In this document: one piece after another, positions 38,543 to 48,536 of the stretch
Layout of the letters: every line of letters starts with the position of its first letter
Numbering within the stretch: the stretch's first letter is position 1
Origin: Anaeromyxobacteraceae bacterium
GTDB lineage: Bacteria; Myxococcota; Myxococcia; Myxococcales; Anaeromyxobacteraceae
Length of the DNA: 64,000 nucleotides
Assembly: GCA_047602405.1 (NCBI GenBank)
Contig: JASGHJ010000002.1
Span: forward strand, 2,592,001-2,656,000
Direction: 5' to 3'
Notes under the pieces: generated by a model
Databases searched by the model: none
What the model was told of the DNA's origin: nothing
The model's input: only the letters and a program-made list of their open reading frames with translations
Position numbers and translations under genes: made by a program

Positions 38543-39844
38543 CTACACCTTCCCCTTGTCCGGCTCCGGGGGCCGGACCGGGATGGCCATGCCCTCGGCG
38601 CCGCGCACCGCGGTGGGCTTCGCGGCGGGCATGTCGGCCCGCACCGCCGTGCCCGGACCGTCGGGCCGGGGCGGCCGCGGCACCGCCGAGGGCCGCGGGG
38701 CGGCGACGAGCCGGGCCCGCTCCTCCTCCCAGCCCTTCACGAGCTCCTCGAGGTCGTCGAGCGGGATGGCCCGGCAGACGTTGCCGTTCGCGCCGTCGAG
38801 GTCCTCGGCCATGCAGAGCGCGTTCAGGATGGCCTCCTCGGTCGCCTCGATGACCGCCTCGTAGAGCGGGTCGATGCGCGGGTCGAGGAGGAGCTTCATC
38901 CGGTAGACCATCTTGCGCGACTCGCGCGGCACCTGGTTCGCGGTCGAGAACGCGAGCATGATCTCGCCCGAGCCGTGCATCGCGGAGGAGCCGACCCGGC
39001 CCACCGCGAGCGAGGCCCGCTTCGCGATCCGGTTGAGCTGGTGGGTCGCGAGCGGCGCGTCGGTGGCGACCACCGCGATGATCGACCCGTAGTTCTTGGA
39101 CCGGCGCGGCATCGCGGCGTAGCGGGCCTCGAGCACCTCGCCCACCGGCAGGCCGCCCACCCGGAGCTGCCGCATCACGCCGAAGTTCGACATGACGAGC
39201 ACGCCGACCGTGAAGCCGCCGAGCGCCTCGGGGAGCTTCCGGCTCGAGGTGCCGATGCCCGCCTTGAAGTCGCAGGTGATCATCCCGGTGCCGCCGCCGA
39301 CGTTGCCCTCGGCGACCGGCCCGTCGCTCGCGGCGCGGAGCGCCTCGTGGACGTGCTCCTCCTTCACGTGGCGGCCGGCGATGTCGTTCAGCCAGGAGTC
39401 GTCGCACTCGCCGACGAGCGGGATGATGACGTCGTGCTCGTCGCCGATGCCGGGGTACCGGTCGATCATCCACTTCACGGCGGCGTCGGACACCGCGCCC
39501 ACCGAGAGCGTGTTCGTGAGGAAGATCGGCGTCTCGACGAGGCCCCACTCGAGGAGCTGGGTCATGCCCGAGACCTCGCCGGCCCCGTTCAGCACGAACC
39601 CGCCGCCGACCACCCGGTTCTCGAAGACGTTCTCCGGGTTCGGGAGGATCGCGGTCACGCCGGTGCGCACCGGGCCCTTCCCGGCCTTGAGCGGGCCGCC
39701 CGCCCCGCGGATGAGGGTGGAGTGGCCGACCTTCACGCCCTCCACGTCGGTGATGGCGTTGAAGCGTCCGGGCTTGAACCGGCCGACGCGGATGCCGAGG
39801 TCGCGCGCGCGACGGCGCGCCGGCTTCGCGGGCTGCTCGCTCAC
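38543..39844 (-). CDS. dmpA: P1/DmpA family L-aminopeptidase/D-esterase
   Basis: NAITDVEGVKVGH, RTGVT, VGECDD, EGNVGGGTGM, FKAGIGTSSR, GSII (autocleavage site), GSGE. Confidence 0.9.
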   Translation of the reverse strand: MSEQPAKPARRRARDLGIRVGRFKPGRFNAITDVEGVKVGHSTLIRGAGGPLKAGKGPVRTGVTAILPNPENVFENRVVGGGFVLNGAGEVSGMTQLLEWGLVETPIFLTNTLSVGAVSDAAVKWMIDRYPGIGDEHDVIIPLVGECDDSWLNDIAGRHVKEEHVHEALRAASDGPVAEGNVGGGTGMITCDFKAGIGTSSRKLPEALGGFTVGVLVMSNFGVMRQLRVGGLPVGEVLEARYAAMPRRSKNYGSIIAVVATDAPLATHQLNRIAKRASLAVGRVGSSAMHGSGEIMLAFSTANQVPRESRKMVYRMKLLLDPRIDPLYEAVIEATEEAILNALCMAEDLDGANGNVCRAIPLDDLEELVKGWEEERARLVAAPRPSAVPRPPRPDGPGTAVRADMPAAKPTAVRGAEGMAIPVRPPEPDKGKV

Positions 39845-41943
39845 GCACCACCCCCGTTCCGCACCGGGACCGCCTGGCCCGCCTCGTGCGCCTGCGCGCG
39901 CCGGACCCGCTCGCGCTCGCGCTCCCGCTCCTGGTGGCGGCGGATGGCGAACGAGAGGATCTCGCCGATGAGGTTCCGGTACTCGAGGCCCGCCGCCTTC
40001 GCGATGAGCACGAGGTCGGACCAGCCCGGGGCGAGGCCGGGCAGCGGGTTCGCCTCGATGAAGAAGATCCGCCCCTCGGCGTCCATCCGGAAGTCGACGC
40101 GGGCGACGTCCCGGCAGCCGAGGGCCCCGAAGCACTCGCGGGCCGCGCGCTCGAGCCGGTCCAGCTCCCTCGGCGCGAGCTTCGCCGGGACCTCGTAGCG
40201 GATCTTGTCGTTCCAGTCCTGCTTCATCTCGAACGAGTAGATCGGCGTGGGGTCGGTCTCGTCGAGGAAGACGATCTCCATCGGCGGCAGCACCCGCGGG
40301 CGGCGCTCGCCCAGCATGCCGACCGTGAACTCGCGCCCCGCGACGTAGCCCTCCACGAGCGCCGGCTGCCGGTACTTCTGGATGAGCTCGCGGGCGACCT
40401 CGCGGAGCTCGGTCTCGTCGTGGACGATGGACTTGCGGGTGACGCCCTTGGACGTCCCCTCCGCGACCGGCTTCACCAGCATCGGGAAGCTCGAGAGCTC
40501 GCGGGGGAGGCGCTCCTTCCCGGTCTGCATCACGCAGAAGTCCGGGGTGAGGATCCCGTGGGTGCGGACCATCCGCTTCGCGAGCGCCTTGTCGAGCGAG
40601 ACCGAGAGCACCGCCGGGTCGGAGCCGGTGTACGGGATGTCGAGGAGCTCGAGGAGGGCCGGCACCTGCGACTCGCGGTTGCGCCCCTTGAAGCCCTCGG
40701 CGATGTTGAAGACCACGTCGACCGGCGTCGAGAGGAGCTGCACCGGGAGGTCCGGGGTCGCCTCGAGGTCGATGACCTGGTGGCCGTAGCTCGCGATGGC
40801 CTCGCGGATCGCCTGGAGCGTCTTCGGCGAGTCGTACTCGGCCTCGTCGTCGACCTCGCCCGCGAGGTCGGGCGTGAGCCGCTTCACGTTGAAGCTGAAG
40901 CCGACCTTGAGGTGCTCCTGGCGCCGCGGGCGCCCGCGCCGGCTGCGCGAGTCCGGGATGTTGAAGCGGCGGGTGGCGCTCTCGATGACCTTCCCGAGCA
41001 CCGCGTCCTGGTGGAGCCCCTCGAGCGCGCCCGCGGCGTAGATGCTGGCGCCCGGCTCGAGCGAGGGGAGCGCGTTGATCTCGAGGAAGTGGACCGAGCC
41101 GTCGTCGGCGATGCGGAGATCGGTGCGCCCGAGGTCGCGCACCCCGAGCTGCTTCACGACCACCTGGCAGATCTGCTGGATGCGCTCCGCCTGGGCCCGC
41201 TTCACCTTCGCCGGGGCGCGGACCGAGACCGCCTGGTCGATCTTGGTCTTCAGGTCGTAGTCGTAGATCGAGTACTTGCGGTTCCCGGCGATGACCTCGT
41301 CGATGACGTACTCGACCGGCTGCAGCACGCCCCCGCGGTCGGCCGCGGCCGCCTCGAGGAACGGCACGGTCACGTCCCGGCCGACGATGTACTCCTCGAC
41401 GAGCACGCCCGCCGGGTACCGCTGCAGCGCCGCGGTCACCACCTCGTGGAGCCGCAGCGGGTCCTCGACCACCGAGTCCTGGGTGATGCCCTTCGAGGAA
41501 CCCTCGAAGTTCGGCTTCACGATGACCGGGTAGCGCAGCGCGTTCACCTGCAGCTTCCCGACCTCCTCGACGTACTGCCAGCGCGGCGTGGGCACGCCGT
41601 GCTGGGCGAGGACCAGCTTCGTGAGCTGCTTGTCGAGCGTGAGCGCGAGGACGTAGGCGTCGGAGCCGGTGTAGGGCATCGCGAGTTCGTCGAAGAGCGC
41701 CGGGAAGAACGCCTCCCGGAACCGCCCCCGCCGCCCCTCGGCGGTGTTGAAGATGAGGTCCGGCCCGTAGGCCTCGAGGCGCGCGACCGTGCGGGACGCC
41801 GGGCCGGAGACCTCGATGCGCTCCACCGAGTGGCCGAGCCGCTCGATGGCGCCCGCGAGGGCGTCGACCGTGGCCTGGGTGTCGAACTCCGCCTCGTCCT
41901 CGTCGTCGGACAGGCGGAGGTTGTGCGTGAGGGCGATGCGCAT
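39841..41943 (-). CDS. Tandem double D-Ala-D-Ala-ligase-like ATP-grasp protein
   Basis: Two copies of AE(F/Y)D, FNxAEG, PYTGSD, LDK, VKP..EG.SKG, R.D.R, E(I/A)N.LP.L. Confidence 0.88.
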   Translation of the reverse strand: MRIALTHNLRLSDDEDEAEFDTQATVDALAGAIERLGHSVERIEVSGPASRTVARLEAYGPDLIFNTAEGRRGRFREAFFPALFDELAMPYTGSDAYVLALTLDKQLTKLVLAQHGVPTPRWQYVEEVGKLQVNALRYPVIVKPNFEGSSKGITQDSVVEDPLRLHEVVTAALQRYPAGVLVEEYIVGRDVTVPFLEAAAADRGGVLQPVEYVIDEVIAGNRKYSIYDYDLKTKIDQAVSVRAPAKVKRAQAERIQQICQVVVKQLGVRDLGRTDLRIADDGSVHFLEINALPSLEPGASIYAAGALEGLHQDAVLGKVIESATRRFNIPDSRSRRGRPRRQEHLKVGFSFNVKRLTPDLAGEVDDEAEYDSPKTLQAIREAIASYGHQVIDLEATPDLPVQLLSTPVDVVFNIAEGFKGRNRESQVPALLELLDIPYTGSDPAVLSVSLDKALAKRMVRTHGILTPDFCVMQTGKERLPRELSSFPMLVKPVAEGTSKGVTRKSIVHDETELREVARELIQKYRQPALVEGYVAGREFTVGMLGERRPRVLPPMEIVFLDETDPTPIYSFEMKQDWNDKIRYEVPAKLAPRELDRLERAARECFGALGCRDVARVDFRMDAEGRIFFIEANPLPGLAPGWSDLVLIAKAAGLEYRNLIGEILSFAIRRHQERERERERVRRAQAHEAGQAVPVRNGGGA

Positions 41944-41957
41944 GGCGGGGTGCCGGG

Positions 41958-42500
41958 TCAGGCGGCCGCGCGCGCGGGCGACGGGGTCGCCGCGCGGGCG
42001 GAGGAGGAGCCGGGAGGCACGGGCGACACCGGGGCGAGGCCGGCCACCTCTGCCCCGCCGACCGTCACCTTGCCGTCCACGACCTGCGTGTCGGCGAAGA
42101 TGTCGCCGATGCGGACGCCGTGGCGGTCGGTCCAGATCATCCAGGCCTCGAACGCCACGATGGGCACGCCCGCGACGAAGAAGACCGGCCAGAGGATCGG
42201 CACCGCGTAGAACACGGCCACGAGCGCGAAGGGCGCGTTCCGCAGCATCGACTCGTGGTAGCGCGCGGGCTCGCCGTGCGGGACGATCACGGTGCGGATG
42301 CCGAAGACCCGCTTCCCGATCGACTGCCCGTGGAGGAGCCCGTCGGCGACGAGCAGGTACAGCGCGGCGAGGAGCGGCCCCACCTGCGGCGCCGTGAGCC
42401 CGACCACGAACGCGAGCGTGAAATCGGCGAAGCGCGCGAGGACCCGCAGGCTGAGGTCCGCCTTCGGGTAAGGGCTGCCCTCGGGGCGCGCGTCGCGCAT
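41958..42500 (-). CDS. RDD family membrane protein
   Basis: R..AR.AD, GQSIGKR.FG, RIGDIFADTQVV. Confidence 0.85.
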   Translation of the reverse strand: MRDARPEGSPYPKADLSLRVLARFADFTLAFVVGLTAPQVGPLLAALYLLVADGLLHGQSIGKRVFGIRTVIVPHGEPARYHESMLRNAPFALVAVFYAVPILWPVFFVAGVPIVAFEAWMIWTDRHGVRIGDIFADTQVVDGKVTVGGAEVAGLAPVSPVPPGSSSARAATPSPARAAA

Positions 42501-42692
42501 CTACGCGTCCCCGTCCGGCGCGCGCCGGAGGAAGAACAGGTAGGCCATCGCAGGCCGGTGGGAGCCCTCGCGCATCACGAAGTGGATCGACTGGAAGTCG
42601 TACCCCTTCGCGGTCCAGTGGTCGAGGGCGCGTTCGAGGCTCTCCTCGACCACCGGCGAGACCTCGACCACCTTGTGAGCGCCCTCCCCCAC
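42501..42692 (-). CDS. Small hypothetical protein
   Basis: 63-aa GC3-biased ORF filling the gap between hemB and the RDD gene. Confidence 0.6.
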   Translation of the reverse strand: MGEGAHKVVEVSPVVEESLERALDHWTAKGYDFQSIHFVMREGSHRPAMAYLFFLRRAPDGDA

Positions 42693-42708
42693 CCTGGTCC
42701 CCGCCTGC

Positions 42709-43743
42709 CTAGCGCCGGCCGGTGAGCCAGCCCGCCGCTTCCTTCGCGTAGTACGTGAGGATCAGGTCCGCGCCGGCCCGGCGGCAGCAGAGCAGGGTCT
42801 CGAGGGCGACGCGCGCCTCGTCGATCCAGCCGCGCTCGGCGGCGGCCTTGATCATCGCGTACTCGCCGGACACGTGGTACGCGGCGAGCGGCAGCTCGAA
42901 GCGGTCGCGCAGCACGCGGACGATGTCGAGGTACGGGATCGCCGGCTTCACCATGATCATGTCGGCGCCCTCCTGGACGTCGAGCGCGACCTCGCGAACG
43001 GCCTCTCGCCAGTTCGCGGGATCCATCTGGTAGCCCTTGCGGTCCTTCGGGACGCCCGGGCCCTCCACCGGCGCGCTCTCCGCGGCGTCGCGGAACGGGC
43101 CGTAGAAGGCGCCCGCGAACTTCGCGGCGTAGGAGAGGATCGGCACGTCCTGGTACCCGTCCTCGTCGAGCGCCCTGCGGATGGCGGCCACCCGGCCGTC
43201 CATCATGTCGGAGGGCGCGACGATGTCGGCGCCCGCGCGGGCGTGGGCGACCGCCTCCCTGGCGAGCAGCGCGAGCGTCGCGTCGTTGTCCACCCCGAGC
43301 TCGCCCGGCTTCGCGCCCGGCGCGGCCCCGGCCTTCGGCGCCTTCAGGATGCCGCAGTGGCCGTGGTCGGTGTACTCGCACATGCAGACGTCGGTCATGA
43401 CGACCATGCCCGGCACCTGCTGCTTCAGCGCCCGGATCGCCTGCGGGACCTCGCCCTCCTCGTCCCAGGCGCCCGAGCCGGTGGCGTCCTTGTGGTTCGG
43501 GATCCCGAACAGGATCACCGAGCGGACGCCCGCCGCGAAGCCGGCCTGCGCCTCCTCGACGAGCTCGTCGACGGAGAGCTGGAAGACACCCGGCATGCTC
43601 TTCACCGGGTTCCTGATCTTCTTGCCCGGCCGGACGAAGAGCGGCCAGACGAGGTCGTCCGGCGCGAGGTGCGTCTCGCGGACGAGGGCGCGGAGCGCCT
43701 CGGTGCGGCGCAGGCGGCGGGGACGTTCCTGGGGGAATGGCAT
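42709..43743 (-). CDS. hemB: Porphobilinogen synthase
   Basis: [52 protein letters not shown]. Confidence 0.97.
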   Translation of the reverse strand: MPFPQERPRRLRRTEALRALVRETHLAPDDLVWPLFVRPGKKIRNPVKSMPGVFQLSVDELVEEAQAGFAAGVRSVILFGIPNHKDATGSGAWDEEGEVPQAIRALKQQVPGMVVMTDVCMCEYTDHGHCGILKAPKAGAAPGAKPGELGVDNDATLALLAREAVAHARAGADIVAPSDMMDGRVAAIRRALDEDGYQDVPILSYAAKFAGAFYGPFRDAAESAPVEGPGVPKDRKGYQMDPANWREAVREVALDVQEGADMIMVKPAIPYLDIVRVLRDRFELPLAAYHVSGEYAMIKAAAERGWIDEARVALETLLCCRRAGADLILTYYAKEAAGWLTGRR

Positions 43744-43885
43744 GGGCGCTTTCTAGCGCATGTGGCGGCCCGGGGGAACCCGGCGGGGCCCGGGTCCCGG
43801 GGGCCTTGCGACACGGCGCCCCAGTGACCCCGCGGCGTCACACGCCGCTGCGCCAGGCACCTCAGACTCGGCACGGAGGCCCGCC

Positions 43886-45112
43886 ATGCCGCTCCCCGTC
43901 TTCGTGCTCGCGCTCGCGCTGGCCCAGCCGGCGCCTCCCCTCTCCCGGGACGCGCTCGCGCCCCGCCCCGTCCCCGGCGGCGCGCCGCTCCTGCGCTGGG
44001 GCGTGCCCGCGAGCTGCCTCGTGCGCGCCGACGGCTCCCGCTGGCGGGCCCAGTGCGACCGCGCCACCCTCACCTGCCTCGTCGCGCCCGACGCGGAGCT
44101 CGGCCCGGACGGCGCGCCGCGCGGGCCGCTCGAGCGCGCGCCGGCGTGCGGCGGGCCCGCCCTCGCCGAGGAGGCGCTCCTCGCCGAGGGCTTCCGGCTC
44201 GCGCCCGCGGCCGCGGAGATCGCGCCGGGCTGGCGCCGCGACGACCGGCAGCGCGCGATGCAGGTGGCGTTCGACCTCGACCGGCGGCTCTGGCTCGGGG
44301 CCGGCTACACGGCCGGCACCGCCCCCGCGGCCGGGCCCACCGCCACGTTCGGCATCCGCTGGGACCAGCCCTCCGAGGCCGAGGGCGTCCGGACGGTCCT
44401 GCGCTGGCGCGCGCTCGAGACCCGGGTGTCGTTCGACGGCCACCTCGCCGACGTCCTCGTCGCCGCGGTCGACATGAGCCGCACCCACCCGAACCCGCTC
44501 CTGCGCATCACCACCCTCGTCGGCACGCCGCGGCGGTTCGACGTCGACTTCGACGCCGGGTGGCTCGTGGAGCTCGCGCGCCTCGAGTCGATCCGGACCG
44601 GCGCCGGCACCTGGTACGACCGGGAGGCGTTCGGCCCGGCCGCCCTCACGCTCGACCTCTGGCGCTCCTCCGACCTCGCCTCCTACGTGCGCGTGCGGGC
44701 CGGCGCCGGCTACGAGGTCGCGGAGCAGCTCGAGGGCGGCGCCTTCACGCCGGGGGGCGGCCTCGACCTCGAGCTCGGGCTCGACCGGGCGGGGCTGCAC
44801 CACGTCCGCGCCTCGGTCCTCGGCGAGGCGGTGGTGCCGGAGGAGAAGGGCGCCTTCCAGCCCAAGGACGACGCCCGCCCGCGCCTCAGGGAGCGCCGCC
44901 GCCGCCTCACCGCGACGGCCCAGTACGAGCTCGTGCTCCTGGCGGTGAACGACCAGCCCCTCTCGCTCGTGCTCGAGTCCCGCGCCTGGCAGCGCGACGA
45001 CGTCCCGGGCTACCCGACCGGCTGGCGCTTCGAGGCGACCTCCTGGCTGCGGTTCAACCTCGGCGCGCCGGCGCCGCGCGGCGCGCCCGCGCAGGACCGG
45101 CTCCAGGAGTGA
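43886..45112 (+). CDS. Hypothetical exported protein
   Basis: GGAGG RBS, signal peptide, Cys-rich N-terminus, beta-rich body. Confidence 0.7.
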   Translation: MPLPVFVLALALAQPAPPLSRDALAPRPVPGGAPLLRWGVPASCLVRADGSRWRAQCDRATLTCLVAPDAELGPDGAPRGPLERAPACGGPALAEEALLAEGFRLAPAAAEIAPGWRRDDRQRAMQVAFDLDRRLWLGAGYTAGTAPAAGPTATFGIRWDQPSEAEGVRTVLRWRALETRVSFDGHLADVLVAAVDMSRTHPNPLLRITTLVGTPRRFDVDFDAGWLVELARLESIRTGAGTWYDREAFGPAALTLDLWRSSDLASYVRVRAGAGYEVAEQLEGGAFTPGGGLDLELGLDRAGLHHVRASVLGEAVVPEEKGAFQPKDDARPRLRERRRRLTATAQYELVLLAVNDQPLSLVLESRAWQRDDVPGYPTGWRFEATSWLRFNLGAPAPRGAPAQDRLQE

Positions 45113-46014
45113 GGGCCGTCGTGCGCCCCGCCCTCGCGCTCGCGGCGCTCCTCGTCGCGTCCGCCGCCGCGGCCGCGGACGCGCCGTGCCGTTTGACCGA
45201 CGCCCGGGGCCGGACCTTCCCCGTCTGCTTCGACCCGGGCAGCCGGCTCGAGCTCGCGGGCGGCGGCGCGGCCGGCGACGGCGGCGCGTGGGCCCTCCGG
45301 GCCGGGCTGCGCTGGCGCAACGACGCCCGCAGCCCGGCGGGCGCGCTCGAGTGGCTCCGCGATCAGACGTTCCTCGCGGTCGGGCTCTCGGCCGGGGGCA
45401 GTCCGCGCTCGCCCTGGGCCGGCGGGCCCCGGCTCGACGCGGCCTCCGGGGTCGCCTGGAGCGGCACCTTCGTGCGGCGCCGCACGAGCCCGTTCCTCCT
45501 CGTGCCCGGCCCCGCGCCCCTGCGCATCCCCTTCCCGTTCGACGTGGGGCTCCGCGCCGAGGCGGGCGCCGCGGCGTGGGAGGCGGCGCGTCCCGACCGG
45601 CTCCGCGTCCTGCCGCTCCGCGCGGCGCTCCTCCTCGACGTGGGCAGCCTGCTCGGGCTGCGCAGGGCGGCGTTCGGCCCGGAGGCCGCGTGGGAGGCGG
45701 ACCTCGAGCGCGGGCGCCACCCCTCGAGCCGCGCGGTGCCATTCACCGGCGGCGTCGCGTCGCTGCGCGCCGAGTCCCGGGACGGCCTCCTCGCGGCGGA
45801 GGTGGACGCGCGCGCCGGGTCGGCCCTGCCCATCGACGCCCGGGGGAAGGCGGGCGCCTACCTCCGGGCGAGCGCGTCGGCAGAGTGGACTGTGCTCGCG
45901 GTGAACGAGCGCCCGCTCGCGCTCTTCGTGGAGGGCTCGGTCGATCGCGGCGCCCCCGGGCGGCGGACGGGGGCCGTCATGGGCCTCAGGCTCTCCGCCG
46001 CGCGGGTGCCCTGA
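45109..46014 (+). CDS. Hypothetical exported protein, distant paralog of the previous gene
   Basis: GTGA overlap; FD...RL.L and E..(L/V)LAVN(D/E).PL motifs shared. Confidence 0.65.
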   Translation: MRAVVRPALALAALLVASAAAAADAPCRLTDARGRTFPVCFDPGSRLELAGGGAAGDGGAWALRAGLRWRNDARSPAGALEWLRDQTFLAVGLSAGGSPRSPWAGGPRLDAASGVAWSGTFVRRRTSPFLLVPGPAPLRIPFPFDVGLRAEAGAAAWEAARPDRLRVLPLRAALLLDVGSLLGLRRAAFGPEAAWEADLERGRHPSSRAVPFTGGVASLRAESRDGLLAAEVDARAGSALPIDARGKAGAYLRASASAEWTVLAVNERPLALFVEGSVDRGAPGRRTGAVMGLRLSAARVP

Positions 46015-46050
46015 GCGGCGGGGAGCGGGGCACGCCGCGGCGGTGACCGG

Positions 46051-47394
46051 CTACGCCGGGCCCGTCGGCACGATCTCGCGGATCGCGAGCCCGCTCCAGA
46101 GGCGCGGGTGGAAGAGCGTGCTCTTCTGCGGCATCGTCTCGCCCGCGTCGCCGAGGGCCTCGACCTGCCACATCGGCGTCGGGTTGAGCAGGAAGCCGAC
46201 CTGGTGCTCGCCGGAGAGGACCCGGTTCACGGCCTCCCCGGTGTCGCGCACGTAGGTGAGGTGCTCCTGGCGCGCCTGGGCCTCGGGTGAGCACCCGAGG
46301 AGCCCCTGCAGCACGATCGAGTGCAGCACCGTCACGTCGAGCGCCTGGAGCGTCGCGCTCGCGGGCAGGCCGGCGTCGGCGAGGTCGGCGTCGTCGCGGA
46401 GCGTGACGAGGCGGGCCCGCTGGTCGGCCGCGGTCACCATCAGGAACGTGCTCGCCTTCCCGCCGTGCTCGGCGAGCTTCGAGATCGCCCAGGCCCGCCC
46501 GGCGGGGCGGCGGAGGTCCTCGTCGATCACCTCCACCCGGAAGAACCGCTCGAGCCTGGGGAGGAGCGCCTCGAGCGAGAAGCCCTCCAGGCCGAAGAGC
46601 AGCCGGTGGGTGGCGAACATGAAGAGCCCGGGGTCGTTCATCGGGCAGAGGTACATCATCACGTGGTGGTGCCCGCCCGTCGCGGGGAGGCCCGGCGTGG
46701 TCTCGTCGAGCCAGCGCTCGTACGCGAGCGAGGACTCGTAGCGGTGGTGGCCGTCGGCGATGAAGATCCGGCGCGGGGCGAGGATGTCCTGGAACGCGGC
46801 CACGAGCGCCGGGTCGTCGGTCCGGAAGAGGCGCTGGTGGACGCCGTCCTCGGTATCGGTCTCGGCGACCGGCTCCCCGGCGGTCGCGGCGTCGAGCGCC
46901 TTGGCGGTCGCCTGCCCGTCGTCCCGGTAGAGGCCGAAGAGCGGCGAGACGTCGGCCTTGAGGTGCTTCAGGTTCTCGAGGCGGTCCGCCTTGGGGGCGA
47001 GCAGCGTCTTCTCGTGCGGCACGATGATGCCGTCGGAGAACGGGTGCAGGCGCACCGCCGCGATGAAGCCGCGGCGGCGGAGGTTGCGGCCGTCGGGCGA
47101 CCAGAAGCTCTGCTCGAGCGGGTAGATCGCCGGAGACGGGTCGCGCCGGAGCACGCCCTCCTCGAGCCAGCTCCGGAGGTACCCGGAGGCGCGGGTGTAG
47201 CGGTCTGCGCCCGGCACGTCGCCCGGCCGGGTCTCGCCCAGCGTGAGGTGGATGACGTTGTGCGGGCTGCGCCGGAGGAGCTCGTCGCGCTGCTCCTGGT
47301 TGACCTGGTCGTACGGCGGGGCCAGCTGCAGGCCCAGCGCGCGGCCGCGGGTGGCCGCGTACCGGATCGCGCTGAAGGGGACGAGCTCCGCCAT
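46051..47394 (-). CDS. DUF1015 family protein
   Basis: APPYD, PHEKTL, IADGHHRYE, THR, MPQKSTLFHP. Confidence 0.9.
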   Translation of the reverse strand: MAELVPFSAIRYAATRGRALGLQLAPPYDQVNQEQRDELLRRSPHNVIHLTLGETRPGDVPGADRYTRASGYLRSWLEEGVLRRDPSPAIYPLEQSFWSPDGRNLRRRGFIAAVRLHPFSDGIIVPHEKTLLAPKADRLENLKHLKADVSPLFGLYRDDGQATAKALDAATAGEPVAETDTEDGVHQRLFRTDDPALVAAFQDILAPRRIFIADGHHRYESSLAYERWLDETTPGLPATGGHHHVMMYLCPMNDPGLFMFATHRLLFGLEGFSLEALLPRLERFFRVEVIDEDLRRPAGRAWAISKLAEHGGKASTFLMVTAADQRARLVTLRDDADLADAGLPASATLQALDVTVLHSIVLQGLLGCSPEAQARQEHLTYVRDTGEAVNRVLSGEHQVGFLLNPTPMWQVEALGDAGETMPQKSTLFHPRLWSGLAIREIVPTGPA

Positions 47395-47453
47395 AGGGGC
47401 CGCGACGCTAGATCACCGCCCCGAGGGGCGCAAGGCGGTCGCGTCCTGAAGTG

Positions 47454-48536
47454 TCACGCCGAGCGGCGCACGGCGAGGACGCCCGCCGCGAAGAAGATGA
47501 GGTGGGGCGCCCAGGCGGCCACCCACGCCGGCACGCGCCCGGACAGGGCGAGCGCCACCGTCACGCCCTGGACGGACCAGAAGGCGAGCGAGACCGCCAC
47601 CGACTCGAGCAGGGCGGCCGCGACGTGGCCCTTGCGGTTGCGGCGGAGGGCCAGCGCGAGCGCCAGGATGGCCCCCGGCACGCCCGAGAACGGGTACGCG
47701 ATGCGGTTGTACCGCTCCATCTCGAAGTCGGCGTAGGGCAGCCCGGCCCGCTTGCGGACGCCGATCTGGTGCACCAGCGCCGGGAACCTCATCTGGGTCG
47801 GCCGGCCCGGCGCGATGGCGAACGCCTCCGGCGGCTCGTCGAGCACGATCCGCCGCTCGGCGTCGTGCACCAGCGTCACGGTCCCGTCGGGCTGGAAGGA
47901 CCGCTCCTCGGCCTCGTCGAGCGTCCAGGCGCCGTCGACCGGGCGCATCCGCTCCGCGTCGATCCGCCGCGCGAGGCGGAAGTCCGGGGTGACCTCGTAG
48001 ATGGTGACGTTCTCGAAGCCGCCGCCCGGGAGGTTGCCGCGCAGGTGGTAGATGCGCTGGCCGGAGGCGCCGCGGAACCAGCGCTTCGGGGCCCGGTTCG
48101 CCTCGCGGCGGCGGATGTCCTGCTTGCGGCCGAAGCGCTCGGCCCGGATCTCCTCGGCCCGGTCGGCGGCGTGCACGCCCACCGCCTCGTGCACGACCAC
48201 GAGCACGAGCCCGGCCACGAGCATCACCGCCATGATCGGCACGGCGAGCCGCCAGGGGCCGAGGCCGAGCGCGCGGAGCGCCACCCACTCGCGGGTCTGC
48301 CTCAGGCCCGAGGCCGCGATCGCGGCGCCGAGGATCATCGCCGCCGGCGCGATCTGGCGGACCACCACGGCCGACTTGTTCGCGTACAGCTCCAGCGCCG
48401 GCCAGATCCAGCCCGCCCCGGTGAGCTGGGGCGCGTTGTCCACGAAGTCGACCGCGAGGAAGACCGCGAGCACGCCCACGAGCGCCCCGAGGAAGGCCCC
48501 CAGCGTCTTCCAGGCGACGTAGCGGAAGAGGATCAC
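47454..48536 (-). CDS. lptG: LPS export ABC transporter permease LptG
   Basis: ILFRYV, E.VALRALG, AAWAP; follows lptF. Confidence 0.85.
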   Translation of the reverse strand: MILFRYVAWKTLGAFLGALVGVLAVFLAVDFVDNAPQLTGAGWIWPALELYANKSAVVVRQIAPAAMILGAAIAASGLRQTREWVALRALGLGPWRLAVPIMAVMLVAGLVLVVVHEAVGVHAADRAEEIRAERFGRKQDIRRREANRAPKRWFRGASGQRIYHLRGNLPGGGFENVTIYEVTPDFRLARRIDAERMRPVDGAWTLDEAEERSFQPDGTVTLVHDAERRIVLDEPPEAFAIAPGRPTQMRFPALVHQIGVRKRAGLPYADFEMERYNRIAYPFSGVPGAILALALALRRNRKGHVAAALLESVAVSLAFWSVQGVTVALALSGRVPAWVAAWAPHLIFFAAGVLAVRRSA

